Shown here in pieces: positions 13,701 through 25,826 of a stretch of DNA of 64,000 bases. The position numbers were made by a program, and so were the translations under genes. This DNA comes from Phaeosaccion multiseriatum (taxonomy: Eukaryota > Protista > Ochrophyta, other classes): NCBI GenBank assembly GCA_965112735.1, contig OZ218951.1, forward strand, positions 1,054,001-1,118,000, given 5' to 3'. The notes under the pieces were generated by a model, which was not told the DNA's origin, ran no database searches, and saw nothing but the letters and a program-made list of their open reading frames with translations. Positions within the stretch are counted from its first letter, which is position 1. Every line of letters begins with the position of its first letter.

Positions 13701-16635
13701 GCTGCTGCTGCTGCCGCTCCTGGTGGTGGTGGTGGCCCACCATAAGTCAATGGGCTTCCTCCGCTGCTGCTTGCAAAGGAAGGCGGTTGTGAAGGAGCCC
13801 CCACCACCCCACCCTGCAAAGCGCCGATTCCTCCGGTACTTGCTTGCTGGCCTCCCTGGCTCGTGCTCGTTTGAGGTGGCGCTGATGCTGCTGCTGGTAA
13901 CCCCCCATACTGCGGGGCTTGTCCTCCTCCGCTCCTGCTCGCAAAGGCCTGCTGTAAGGCGTACTCTGCGGGGCTGCTCGCACCAGCATACCCACTTGCT
14001 TTCGCTGCCTCATAGCCCCCAAACCTCGTACTCGGTGGAGGAAGTGCTCCGCTTCCGCCCCCAGCGTACCCACTTCCCTGCGCTTGCCCATACCCTCCCT
14101 GGCTCGCGCTCGTTGGAGCTGCTGGTGCTGCTGGAGCTGCTGGTGCTGCTGGTGCTGCTGGTGGTGGGCCACCATAAGGCGACGCTTGTCCCCCGCTGCT
14201 GCTTGCATAGGAAGGGTAAGCCTCTGTAGGAGGCGGTTGTGAAGGAGCCCCCACCACACCACCCTGCAACGAGCCGATTCCCCCCCTGCTCGCATCAGCG
14301 TACCCACTTGCTTGCTGGCCTCCCTGGCTCGTGCTCGGTGGAGGAAGTGCCGCTGCTGCTGGTGGTGCTGCCCCCCCCACCGTTGATGGGTCGCGATTGC
14401 GGCTGCTCGACCTAAATTTGCGGTAACCTGAAGTTGGCTGCTGATCAAGACTCACCACCTCTCCCATTCGTTTCGACATTTGGCTGCTGATGCTGGTGCC
14501 GCCCCCAAAGTCCCCAAATTTGGGCTGCCCTGGACGCCGTGGTGGTGTGACACCCGGCGCTGAAGGGTCTGCCGTTGCCTCTACGCCAATGCTCGCTGGA
14601 GGCGGCACTGCAGGCAGGACAGGTGACACCTGTGACGCCGCCAGGCCCCCCTGTCCCGGCGCCTGTACTTGTGATTGTACTTGCGACGTACCACCTCCTC
14701 CAAGGGAAGAGTAGGCCGCGGGAGGAGGTGGAGGCGGCGAAGAAGGCCCTTGAGTCAGCCCCCCCTGTCCCTGTGAGACGCCTCCTCCACTGCTGCCATC
14801 ATAGGACGAGTAGCCCGTGGTGGGTGGGGGTGGCGGAGAGTTCACAGGCTCTGCTGCTCCAGGACTGCTGGGACCCCTGGAGAAGTCGCCGAACGCTGGA
14901 AAGCCCGGGCGTCGAGGTGGCGCCACTCCCGGTGCTGAAGGGTCGGCATACGGATCTACCTGTGCCCCATAGCCTGCGTAGGAGGCGCTCAGCGGAGGCG
15001 GCTGTGTTGGTTGGCCCCTCTGAGCCAACCCCCCTCCGCTGCTGCTGGCAACGGAAGAAGAAGGAGGTGGTGGGGGTGAAGAGGGCCCTCCCACTCCCCC
15101 CCACTCTGGCGTTCCTCCTTGCGGTGGAGCAGACCCTTGTGGCGGGGACCCCTGCGAGGCTCCTGCTGCCGCCCCTAATTGTCCCCTGGAGGAGAAGTCG
15201 CCGAACGCTGGAAAACCCGGGCGTCTAGGTGGTGCCACACCTGGCGCTGAAGGGTCTCCATATGGGTCTGGCTCTGACCCGTAGCCTGCGTAAGTAGAGC
15301 TCGGTGGAGGGGGCTGAACTGGTGGGCTCGCTCCCACCTGCCCCATCTGAGACGCGCCTCCCTCGCTGCTGCTCATATAGGAAGTAGGAGGTTGTGGTGG
15401 TGAAGAAGGCCCCACCTCGCCCCCCCACTGTGCTGGTGGGAGCGGCTGTCCCTGTCCCTGTGCCGCATCTGCTCCGGTGCTGCCATCAAAGGACGAGTAG
15501 CTGGCCTGCTGAGGAGGAGCGCTTCGAAAATCTCCAAAGGCTGGATAGCCCTCGCGCCGCGGTGGCGTGACTCCCGGTGCTGATGGATCCTCCACATACC
15601 CAACCGCTTGCTTTGCTCCTCCTCCTTCTGCGCCGCCTCCTCCTGCTCCGCCTCCGAAGAAGGAGCTGGTCACTGGAGGGGCCGGGTGTGGCTCTGGCGG
15701 TGGTGGTGGACGTGGAGCATCTCGTAGATGGGGTGACTGTGTCAGTCCTCCACCGAAGCTCCGTTCAAGTGGTGTTGCCTCGCTCAGTTCCCCAACCTTC
15801 GTCTTCCTCGTCTTCTTCTTCTTTTTCTTCTTCTTCTTCTTTGAGGTGCTACCGCTCCCTGCTTCCAAGGCGGAGAAGCTCTTGCGCTGTGGGTTTGCGC
15901 ATGAGTTTGGGGGCCGCTGATGATGGAAAAGACAGACAGAGAGACAGAGAGAGGGAGAGAGGGGTGGCGAACTGAGAACCAATATTTGAAATATCGTAAC
16001 CTTTGTGAGCGCGGACGCGCGTTGCCTACAGCCTCTGCCTTTCATCGAAACCTTTCATCGAAAGGAAGCGCACCCACCTTCTCTCGGTTCCTCTGCTCTT
16101 GAGGACACGATTGTGCGAGGCGGGCCGGGCGGACTCCGTTTCCAGTGAGAGGAGGGGTGGTAAAGGCCTCTCCCTGCTCAAGATTTCGCAATTGCGGAGG
16201 GAGGGAGGCGAGGGAGCGGGCGCAGAGTAGTGAGAAGGAAAATCACACCGTCATGCCAGCAGAGACGTCCACGCAAGCTCGTTGGGAGGGCGGTAAGGCA
16301 GCATGCACGACATGAGTAAAAAGGGGAGCGGAGCGCGAGGGCTGTGAGAGTCGGTTAAAAAGCCCAGCGATTTCCGAAAAAAGAGACCAATGCATGCACA
16401 AGGCCTTGGGAGTAGTGGCAGCAGCATCAGAGGCAGCAGCAGCGGCAGCAGTAGCGGCAGGAGCGACTGAATTTTCATCCCAACTTGCACTTGTCCTCGG
16501 AACGGCACAGCATGAGGGATCGTTAGAGGACGCGATAGAGAGCACACCACCACGTACCTGCTGCTGCTGGTGCACGAGGAAGAGCCCAATGGCAGCAAGG
16601 CCAAGCTTCAGCCGGGTGAGCTTCCTACTGTCCAT
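1..16635 (-). CDS. Gene A: giant plastid-targeted, intrinsically disordered aromatic-motif repeat protein (>4700 aa, 3' end outside window)
   Basis: Hand-spliced exons, all GT-AG and phase 0: 16635-16558 (MDSRKLTRLKLGLAAIGLFLVHQQQQ), 16173-16078 (GEAFTTPP...), 15916-8435, 7750-6350, 6084-5434, 5347-3929, 3530-867, 314-<1. Every complete exon length is a multiple of 3, and the model joins ORF-track fragments 8411..16045, 5636..8401, 5122..6393, 3872..5308 and 843..3734. Composition is P/S/A/G-rich with periodic Y/F motifs. Confidence 0.85.
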
Positions 16636-17326
16636 TCTGCATCCCTCCTCCACACACAAAAGGCTTGTGGATTCAAAGGCAGGGAAGGGCCAGAGAAGTT
16701 GGGTACCCAAGTGCATCAATGTGATTTGTTTTTTTGAAAATGGCCTCATTTGGTCTTAGAAAGAGGGCTGCTGCTGCCCTTCCTGGTGGAGAGGAGAGGA
16801 GAGGGAGCGGTAGCACCCGCTACGATGCCCCCCCCCCCCCCTCACAGAACGAAAAAACTGTGTCTAGTTTTTACAAAAAATGAAAATTGCTCAACGTGAC
16901 ACGACCACTGTACTTCAACCTGAGAGCTTGCTACCTCTGACCCTTCCCCTTCCCCTTCCCCCCACAGGCGTACTTCCTCCCTCCAGTCCCTGTACCCACA
17001 CACGCACGCACGCACGCACGCACGCACGCACGTGTCAGCTCCTGGGGATTGACCGTCTCACTCAATCAACCCTCCATTCACTGTGCCTCCCTTGTTTCTC
17101 TTCCTCTCCCTCCATCCCAACCCCCCACTGGGCCCCCACACCTGGTAATCGGGCCAGCGACCCGACCCACACCTAAAATCCCATAAGTTGTAAGGTGCGC
17201 ACCTCCCCACCCGCTTCCTTGCTCCATCTTGAATGGACCACTTGCTCCGTCTGTATATATCCTTTGTATGTCTCTTCTCTTATCCAGTTCTTCCCCTCCT
17301 CGCTCCCTCCTTCCCTCCCACTCTCA

Positions 17327-20300
17327 CTAGAGGAGGGGAGGGGGGGGTCCTTGGCGCGAAGAATCCCGCTGCTCTTGCTGCTGCTGTTGCTGCTGGTGGT
17401 GCTTTTGCTGCTCTCCACTGCCGAATTCCCTGCTGCCCATTGGCCTCATCTCCCCATTTCTGCTGTAGACAGCGCTGGCAGTGTTGGGCTCTTCCCAATC
17501 TCCGCTTTCCTCACCATCCGCAAACGGCAAGGGCTCTATCTCCCTCCTTCTTCTTCCATGGCGGCCCCCCGCCCCGTACCTCGCATGTGCCTCCCATTCC
17601 TTCTCCTCCTCCTCCTCCTCCTCCTCCTCCTCCTCCTCCTCCTCCTCCTCCTCCTCCTCCTCCTCCTCCTCCTCCTCACTGTCTGAACCCTCGAACGGCA
17701 ACTTTTCTATCTGTCGCGGAGGAGGCTCAAACCTATACCTCGGCCACCCCCTCCCCTCTTTTCCCCGCCCCCCTCCCGCTCCTCCTCCTCCTCCTCCTCC
17801 TTCTCTGCTATCGAAGGGCGACCGCCCTCCATTCAAGCGCCCGTTTCCCCTGGCGCCCCTCGTGTCTGCTTCCCACTCCCCGCCCCCCTGTCCAACAGCA
17901 CCGTTGCCCTCCCAAGCCATTCTCCCTCCTCCTCCTTCTCCTCCTTCTCCTCCTTCTCCTCCTCCTCCTCCTCCTCCTCCTCCTCCTCCTCCTCCTCCTC
18001 CTCCTCCTCCTCGGCTCTTCCATCCCCGCATCGAGCGGCCTCCCCTGGAATGATAACCATTGTTGCTGCTGGCCGTGCTATCATTGCTCTCCCGAGGCGC
18101 CCCAAAGGACCCCTCCCTCGTCAACCGCCGGCCTGCCTCACAGCTCATTGTCATTTCGTCGAGCTGCGAATGCTCATGATGGTCGTTACGGGCGGGCTCG
18201 TCCTCCAGCTCGTCGTCTAAATCACTCCGTCGGTCTGCTTCCTCGTCGTCGTCGGTGCTCGCCTCCTCGTCACTGTACATGGTCTGCAGCATTTCGTTGT
18301 TCAAGCTGCTATCCATCCCGTCCCAGCCCCTCTGCTGCTGGTGGTTCCGGGTCGGCATGTCAATCCTACGAGCAAGCTCGTCGTCCCCCTGCTCGATCCA
18401 CTGCCGCAAAATATCCACCGCATGGTCCAGCTCATGTATCTCCATCCCCCTAAACCACTCACACGTGAGCAGCTGATCGGCCGCCACTCGGTCTTCCGCC
18501 TCAAACTGCAGACACCCCCTTAACACCTCCTGTAGCGGGGCACTGGCGTCCGGACACAGGGCCAACAACATGCCCATGTCCACCTCCTTGAAGAACAACT
18601 CGTGCAGCTCGATGAGACTCGTCACGTCTTGGAAAGGCGCCTTTCGACTCGCCATCTCCATCAGCAACACCCCCAAAGACCACACATCTGCCGAGGCGCT
18701 GTAGCCCGTGCCCGCCAGACGCTCCGGCGACATGTATCGGATGGTCCCCACCATGGTTTCGACCATTGACTCTGGAGAGTCCAACTCTCTGGAGATGCCA
18801 AAGTCGCTTAGCTTCACCTCGCCCTGGCTATTGAGTAGCACATTTTGTGGCTTAATGTCTCTGTGAAGCCGATGCTCAAAGTGCAAGTAGGCCAGGCCCC
18901 AAATCACCTGCAGCAGACACAGGCCGAGAGAGAGGGTGGTGGGGGGAGGGAGGAAGGGAGGGAGAGAGGATAAGGGGGTGAATGAAGATAGAAGGGGAGT
19001 CGTATCAGTAAGCATGCACGTTACGCCCAGCGCGAATTCCTCGCCCCATCTCCTTCTCCCTCCCTCCCTCCCCCCTCGTAAAATGGAATAGAACAAGTTT
19101 CCTTTCTGACGCTTTCTCCTTGCTGTACGCTTACTGCCCACATAAAAACACGCACGCACACCTACACACACGCACACGCACGCAAACCCACACAAGCTAC
19201 TACTGCACACACGCACACCCACACCCACACACACACACACGCACCTGATAGGTAATGGCCGCCATGACCTCTTCGTCCAGCGGGACGTGCTTCCACTCGT
19301 GAATCACCTCCCACAGATTGCCTCTATCCATGAGCTCTAAGATGACGTGAATGCATCCGTCCTTGAGGAAGGCTCCATGGAAGCCAATGAGGGAGGGGCA
19401 GGAGATGCTGCGAAGCATCTTGATCTCCTTCATGAGCTGGTCCCGCTTCTCCTTGTCAAAGATGCTGAAGCTCTTGACGGCGAACAGCTCCCGAGTGCTC
19501 AGGTGTTGGACCTGATAGGGGGGGAGGTGGTAAGGAGGAGGAAGGGAAGTAAGTTGATTGAAGAGCATTGGTATTGATCCATCCATGAAAATTGCTCGAC
19601 TACTTTCCCTCTCCCTCACTCACTCCTCCAGGGAACACCTCCTCTCAATCTCCCTCTCGCTCACTCCCTCCCTCTCTCACCTTGCGCACGACGCTGCAGG
19701 CCCCCTTCCCGAGCTCCTCCATGACCTTAATGTCGTTGGGATGGAGCAGGCCCGCAGAGAAGTCCTCCCCGCCCATGTCGATGCCTCCCTCCGCGTCGAT
19801 GCGCACTCCGTCCTTCCTGAACTGCACACCGGTCTCGTCGATGAGCAGCGACTGCTGGTTCATGCACCCATCGTCCTCCTCACCCTCCTCCTCGTCCGAC
19901 TCCCTTTTGGCCGGTAGCGCCATGAAGATGCCTCTGCTGCGCGAGTGGGAGGAGGAGCGAGAGGGAGCGTCCTCTTCTCCGTTGAGGCGCCGGAAGCCAC
20001 CCATGCCCACCATATCTTCGTCGTCGCCCGTGTTGGTGCTGCGTGCTCCTCCTCCTCCTCCTCCTCCTCCTCCTCCTCCTCCTCCTCCTCCTCCCGCTCC
20101 TCCTCCTCCACCACCACCACCACCACCACCATCACCACCACCACCACGACCACCACCTCCTCCGTAGCCGCCCCTTCCTCCTGCTCCTCCACCACCTCCT
20201 CGTCCTCCTCCACCACCCCCTCTTCCTCCCCCTCCTTCTACCCATGGCATCTCTTCCCCCTGCCCCCCCCCCCACCCGTCTCTGCCCCCCGTCCCATGCC

Positions 20301-20427
20301 TCATGGTGATGCAGGTTTCGATCGTCGGAGACGTTGAGGTCTCCGCTTCAGACTCGAAGCCATCCCCCTCCTCTCCCAAGGCGAGAGTCAGACGGGGTCC
20401 TCCACCTCTACGCCGCACCTGCGCCAT
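17327..20427 (-). CDS. MAP kinase kinase (STE7/MEK family) with Gly-rich N-terminus and acidic/Gly-rich C-terminal tail
   Basis: Exons 20427-19681, 19511-19245, 18907-17327, all phase 0. Motifs: ELGKGACSVV, FAVK, HRDIKPQNVLL, KLSDFGIS, MVGTIRYMSPER, ADVWSLG. N-terminal docking-site-like RRRGGGPRLTLAL. Confidence 0.9.
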
Positions 20428-21151
20428 CGCAGACCTCTCTCCTCCTCTAAGAGGTTGCCGTCATTACGAACCTCAAGCCGTTGACAGGAGGTAGGGCGTG
20501 AGTTTCAATTTCCTTTCCCAACGTATTGCGATTACTCTTGTACTCAATATATGACGTTGAAGGTAGCTGTTGTACAGCTGCTCCCAGGACGGAAGGTCCA
20601 GGAGCCGAAGTGTAAGAGAAGGAAGGGGAAGGAGAGGGCGCAGAGGGTCTTTGACTATGCCTTGGTCTTGTCCTTAAAGAAGCGGAGTGAGAAGGAGGAA
20701 GTGGAAATGGGAGATGGCGGAAATGGGACATGGCCCTTGCGCGACAGTGGAAGACAAGAGGACGGCCAAGGCCTCCTGGCGAGGGGACTGGACATGGAGG
20801 AGAAGGAGCGAAAGAAGAGGAGCGACAGAGTGTTCAAGCCGTGGGTCAATCCTGCCCAATCCCCAGTAGGGATGGAGGCCACACGAGGCGGAGGCCCGAG
20901 CCAAGGCGCTGATTCCTGGAGAGGAGGCCGTGTCGCTCGTCCTCGCGAGAGCAGCTCAACCCCGTGGCAGCCTTACTAGTCGGCACCCCTGCGCCCACCC
21001 CCGGCGGTGGTGGTGGGGGTGGTGGTGCTGCTGCTCCTGCTGCTGCTCCGGTGGGGGTGGCAGCATTAGTGGACGAAGCTTAGAGGGTGCTCGGATAATC
21101 GAGGATGATGACGATGATGGGGAGGAGGAGGAGGAGGAGGAGGAGGGTAGC

Positions 21152-22057
21152 ATGTCCTCTCCTGGCCTCTACCCCCCTCTCCCACGCATCAGACAGCGGC
21201 CCTTCCGTTTATCTCAAACGCCCGGAGCCTCCAGAAAGCAAGCGTCCGTCGATGGTGGGCCGAGGTGGTGCAACCATTCGGCAGCGTTCGCACAAGTGGG
21301 AATCGCAGTGACGTCCCTTCTCGCACAGGACTCCGTCCACAAGGGCAAAGAGAGAGATCGAAGCTCCACCGTTGGACTGGTTGAACGTTGGCTACAACTG
21401 TACCAGGGAGGAAGCACGGACAAGCTCCCTTTCGTCTTGCACAGCTTCCTCAACAAGTGGGTCAGAGGCTGCGGCCCGAGGGATGCCCGAGTGGAGAAGC
21501 TCTACAGGAAGGTGGTGGACATGAGGCGGGCGCGTAAGCTGCCCGTCGGAGCGTTCGGTGGGCCAGGAGAAGCGGCAGCAGCACACGGCAAGGTGTGGGC
21601 CGCGTTACGAGCAGCAGGAAAAGGAGGCAGCTCCACGGACCACAGGCTCCACATCTTGGTGAAGAGCTCCATAGATGGCGTCCATAGATGGACGGCTTTG
21701 CCTCTATTTGCCATCCCAGCTCTCTCCCTCAGTTCTGTACTTTTAGCGTTGGATACCATATTGGATATTACACAACCCCTGGATCCCACGACAATGTCTA
21801 GGTTTCTTGTTTTTGTTGTTGTTTTTTTGGAGCACATCCCCCCTCGATCCTTCTTGTCGCAAACCCCTTGGCCACATCTTAGGCGTGGAGTTCCATACGT
21901 ATCTGTCTATACTTTTTACAAGGGCTTGCAAAATTCTCTTGTCACACGCTCCGCCCTACTGAACTCGTCCCTCGTCCAGCTCAGTGGGAAAGGCCTAAAG
22001 TCCAAGCAAGCGCCAATCACTTACACGGCCGAGGACTGTGCCATGAACTGCTGGTAG
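21152..22057 (+). CDS. Hypothetical protein (~300 aa; true start uncertain, possibly upstream near 20707)
   Basis: Long non-repetitive open frame (ORF 20930..22057, first ATG 21152) with protein-like composition, divergent from the MAPKK. No recognisable motif; it overlaps the TraB 3' end by 37 bp. Confidence 0.35.
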   Translation: MSSPGLYPPLPRIRQRPFRLSQTPGASRKQASVDGGPRWCNHSAAFAQVGIAVTSLLAQDSVHKGKERDRSSTVGLVERWLQLYQGGSTDKLPFVLHSFLNKWVRGCGPRDARVEKLYRKVVDMRRARKLPVGAFGGPGEAAAAHGKVWAALRAAGKGGSSTDHRLHILVKSSIDGVHRWTALPLFAIPALSLSSVLLALDTILDITQPLDPTTMSRFLVFVVVFLEHIPPRSFLSQTPWPHLRRGVPYVSVYTFYKGLQNSLVTRSALLNSSLVQLSGKGLKSKQAPITYTAEDCAMNCW

Positions 22058-23433
22058 AGGTCCCACAGCCAAAAGGAAGCCCATGTCTCCGCCACGACTC
22101 TCGTAAGGAGCAGGAGCCCCTTCTTGGTGAGGCTGGCCTTGCTCTCGGCCTGCCGCTGCCGCCGTCGCTTCTGCCGATCCACCCCTTTGACATAGGTGAG
22201 CTCTTTGCTGGTGGGGAGACTCTGGCCGCCATTGTCCGTGTTGAGAATGTGGGTGAGGCCCTTGACATGGCCTCTGCCCACCACTGCCACCACCCTCTTC
22301 TTCCCGTTGACCGCCTTGCTGCGCTTGATGGTCAGCGTCAGGTACAGGTCCCTCTCCTTCACCAAGGGCTCCACCAAGGAAGGAAACTCGTCCTGCAGAT
22401 ACTCTGCCATCTTGTCCATCATGTCGCCACCGCGGGCCGTCACGGCCGCTTCCAACGCCTCGCGACGACGATCCTCTGCCTCTGTGGTAGTGCCGGCGGT
22501 GCCTTTCCCCCCTCCTATGAGAAGCGACAAACACACCTTGAGCAGCTTCAGCTTCTCGGCGAAGGGAAGATTGCTCCATGCCCTCCTCAGCGTGATTTCT
22601 ATAGGTCTATCTCCCAACACCACTTCTGCGCCAATGTCCATGGCGCCTGACCACGCCGCCCGAAAGTCCACTCCGGGTGGCGCTCCGCCTGCCTTGCCCA
22701 CCTCAACGCCTTGCAAGGCCTTGGCCATGGCTACACGCGCGAGGGTGGTGGTGACCCCTCCCAGCTCCACTGACCGCCGCACGTCCTCTGTAAAGGAAGA
22801 GCCCGACATGGAAAGGGAATTCATCCCACCACCATCACCACTCTCCTCATCTACTGGGGCGTCGGGCAGCGGCATCATCATACCCACCCGAGAGCGGCAC
22901 AGCTCCACTACGACGCTCTCTGGGCGTGTAGCCTCGATCACCCGCCGTACATCTTCACCACTCTGTTCTGCCACATGGCTGGTGCCCACCAGGAAAATCT
23001 CCAAGGGCTCCTCGTAGTCGCTGCCCCGCTTATCTATATAGTCAGGCCTCCTCTTGATGATCGTCAAAGTGCCGGAGGTAACTAGGTCTTGCAGCGACGC
23101 CATGTCTACGTGCCCCGTGCCCAGCGGAACGCCACCGTCATCTGCCGCTATCGCGGCAGCGGGGCTTTCCTCCCCTGCTCCTGCCCCTGCCACTGTTGCT
23201 CCTGCTGCTGTCGCCGCCGCTACTGCTATTCGTCCTCCTCGTGCGTTAACGGCTCCTCGTCCCTTCCCGGGAGACCCAACGACACAACGAGAACGCCGAT
23301 TCCCGGTCTGTACTGCCAACTTGGTGGTGGAAAGCCCAAAGGCAGAACAGACGTCCACCAGCGCTACGAAAAGCAGCAGCACCGCCACCACCACCGCCTC
23401 GACCCTCGCATGAGGTGATCGAGGACCCATCAT
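22021..23433 (-). CDS. TraB/PrgY-family (TRABD-like) protein, predicted plastid-targeted
   Basis: Intronless, 470 aa. TraB motifs IFLVGTSHV, VVVELCRSR, LGDRPIEITLRRAW, LVKERD, VVAVVGRGHVKG. The N-terminus MMG..VVVAVLLLFVALVDVCSA|FGL is a signal peptide plus Phe, followed by an R/S/T-rich transit-like segment. Confidence 0.88.
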   Translation of the reverse strand: MMGPRSPHARVEAVVVAVLLLFVALVDVCSAFGLSTTKLAVQTGNRRSRCVVGSPGKGRGAVNARGGRIAVAAATAAGATVAGAGAGEESPAAAIAADDGGVPLGTGHVDMASLQDLVTSGTLTIIKRRPDYIDKRGSDYEEPLEIFLVGTSHVAEQSGEDVRRVIEATRPESVVVELCRSRVGMMMPLPDAPVDEESGDGGGMNSLSMSGSSFTEDVRRSVELGGVTTTLARVAMAKALQGVEVGKAGGAPPGVDFRAAWSGAMDIGAEVVLGDRPIEITLRRAWSNLPFAEKLKLLKVCLSLLIGGGKGTAGTTTEAEDRRREALEAAVTARGGDMMDKMAEYLQDEFPSLVEPLVKERDLYLTLTIKRSKAVNGKKRVVAVVGRGHVKGLTHILNTDNGGQSLPTSKELTYVKGVDRQKRRRQRQAESKASLTKKGLLLLTRVVAETWASFWLWDLYQQFMAQSSAV

Positions 23434-23724
23434 GGCCAGTGCCAGCGCGACGCCTTGCCAGCCCACACTTAGTGTATGCCTTTCATTTGCTCTTACCACC
23501 TGCCCAGGACTCGGGACCAACGTTGCGGGACTACAGGTCCTTCATTCAGAGCTCTTCCCTCCAAGGCTTTGGATGATGAAAGGACTTGCAGAGCGGAGTG
23601 GAAGACAAAAAAGAGAATGGCCGACGGCCTGAGATGCGTGGTTTCCTGGCGACGATTAGCGCACCAACTGCTTCATAGATGGCACTTGACGTTTTTCCCG
23701 GTTGCTCAGGGCTCAGTAGAGAGG

Positions 23725-25785
23725 ATGAAAAAATATAATGCTGGTGTTAATCCTCGCACGGGCGCGAATAATGTGGTCTTTGGGCTGGTGGTGTGCGCTG
23801 CAGTGGGGCTGCGGCTCCTCCTGGCATGGACCGGGGTGAGGGAGGGGTTGATTGAGAGGTACTCATCAGTGGAGCTCCTGCTCGTTGCGCCGGCGTCGTC
23901 ATGGAGGCGAGCTCAGGAGGGCTTGTTCAGGCTCACACGGCAAGTACACAGGACGACAAGAGGGAGGGGAGGCATTGCTGCTCATCCCTGATGCGATCAA
24001 GTGTTCTTCCAGGACGTGGGGGGGTTGGAAAACGTCGAAGCATGGGGTGCTCGTGAAACCTCTGGGGCTCGTTTGTATCCTACGATCTGAGCTGCACCCT
24101 CTCTTCCACATGCCCAGGACCTGCTCCACTCACTCTAAGGCAGACCCCACTCATCTAACGTCTCGCCCACCCTCCCTTTTGAACCCCCAGAGGCCTCTCT
24201 CCGTACGCTGGGGACGTATTCCGAGGCTCGCCGCTGCTGTTAGGGCTGGTGGCCTCTCTGGAAGGCCTGGAGAGGGTCTTTCGCAGCACAATAGGAGGTG
24301 CGACGTGCAACAATACTGCCTTTGCGCAAGTGAGTGCTGGGCATTACGGTGCTTGGCTTCAGACAGGAGCCTTCATCACACTTGACGTGTGCGCGGCCCT
24401 GCTTCTGCGAGACATGTGCAAGTGCTCACTTCGAATAGAGGTATGGTATACCGCCGCGTCGCATTGGCCGCATTGGGATTGCTCATTGGGGAAAGGCGAA
24501 CATGCCTCTCATGCGGATATAGAGAGTTCTCTTCTCTCCCCCCCTCACTCATCTTCCTCGCTTCTCGTCTCCTCATCCGTCTGCTCCATCCTTGCTCCAT
24601 GTATTGTTCAAAACAAAGTCGAGCAACCCAATGGAGGCGCAGCTGGAAGCTTCGATGCCCAAGAAGAGGAGGCCCAAGCTCGGCAGGCACGAGCGCACCT
24701 CCCTCGCTGCAGGTCAGTTTCGTGCTGCCCAAGCAACCGGAGGGGGGCCACAGAGGCAGTGTCGCAGTAGTGGGGTGAGATGAGGTGGCGAAAAGAAAGC
24801 GGCTCTCGTCACGTGAGAAAGAGAGTAGAGAGGTACATAGAGAGAGATATGCATGTCCGGTGAAGGGGTCCTATTCGGTCAGTCACCACTTTGCTCCCCT
24901 CATCCTCCCTCCCTCCCTCCCTCAGGCTTTATCCACAGCCCTCTCCCAGACACCATCGCCAGCTTCTATCTGCTCAACCCCGTCACCGTACTCCAGTGCG
25001 TGGCCTGGTCGGGGGAGCTCCTGGCTACTGTGACTGTCCTAGCGCTGGTGGTGGCGGCAGCCAACGGGCGGGTGTGGGTCACTGCCATGGCAGCAGCCTT
25101 GGCGAGTAGCTGCTGGGATACCCATCTCGTGGTGCTGCTCCTGCCGGCCGCCCTCCTGCTGCAGAGGAAGATAGACACGGAGGTGGCACAGCAGGAGCAG
25201 CCGCAGCAGAGCGGGAAAGGAGAGCGAAATAGCACAGGGGCGGGCAACAAAGACGAGTGTGAGGAGGGGGAAGAGGTGAGGAAAGAAAGGCGGAATGCTG
25301 CGGTGTGTCGGATGCTTGGGGTGGGACAGGGCGGGTACAGCCGCGCCAGCTGCCCGGAGTGGGCGTGCATCTGGGGCCTGCTGTGGCGCTTCCTGCTCAG
25401 CACGGCTGTGGTGCTGACGCTTCTCGGGCTGGGCTTGATGAAAGGACAGTGGCGCTTTTTGATGCACGGATGGAACGCCTCCTGGCGATTCGACTTGACC
25501 CCCAATACGGTGAGTAAGGGCGACTTTGGGGCGAAGCTTGCGAGGCTTGCGAAGCTTGGGGGTTAGCTGGACCCCCCCTCCCCCCCTCTGCCCTACTCTC
25601 CTGTCGTTCTCAATTCCCACATGCCCCGGGCTGGCCCCAAGTCCCTGCTCTTCCCTGGTTGACCTTGCGTCTGATTCGCATCCTTCCCCTCCCTGTCTCA
25701 CTCCACCCACCCATCTCCCCCGTCGTCTTCGTCGTCGTCGTCTTCGTCGTCGTCATCATCGTCTTCGTGTTGTTGTTGTTGTTGC

Positions 25786-25826
<41 letters not shown>

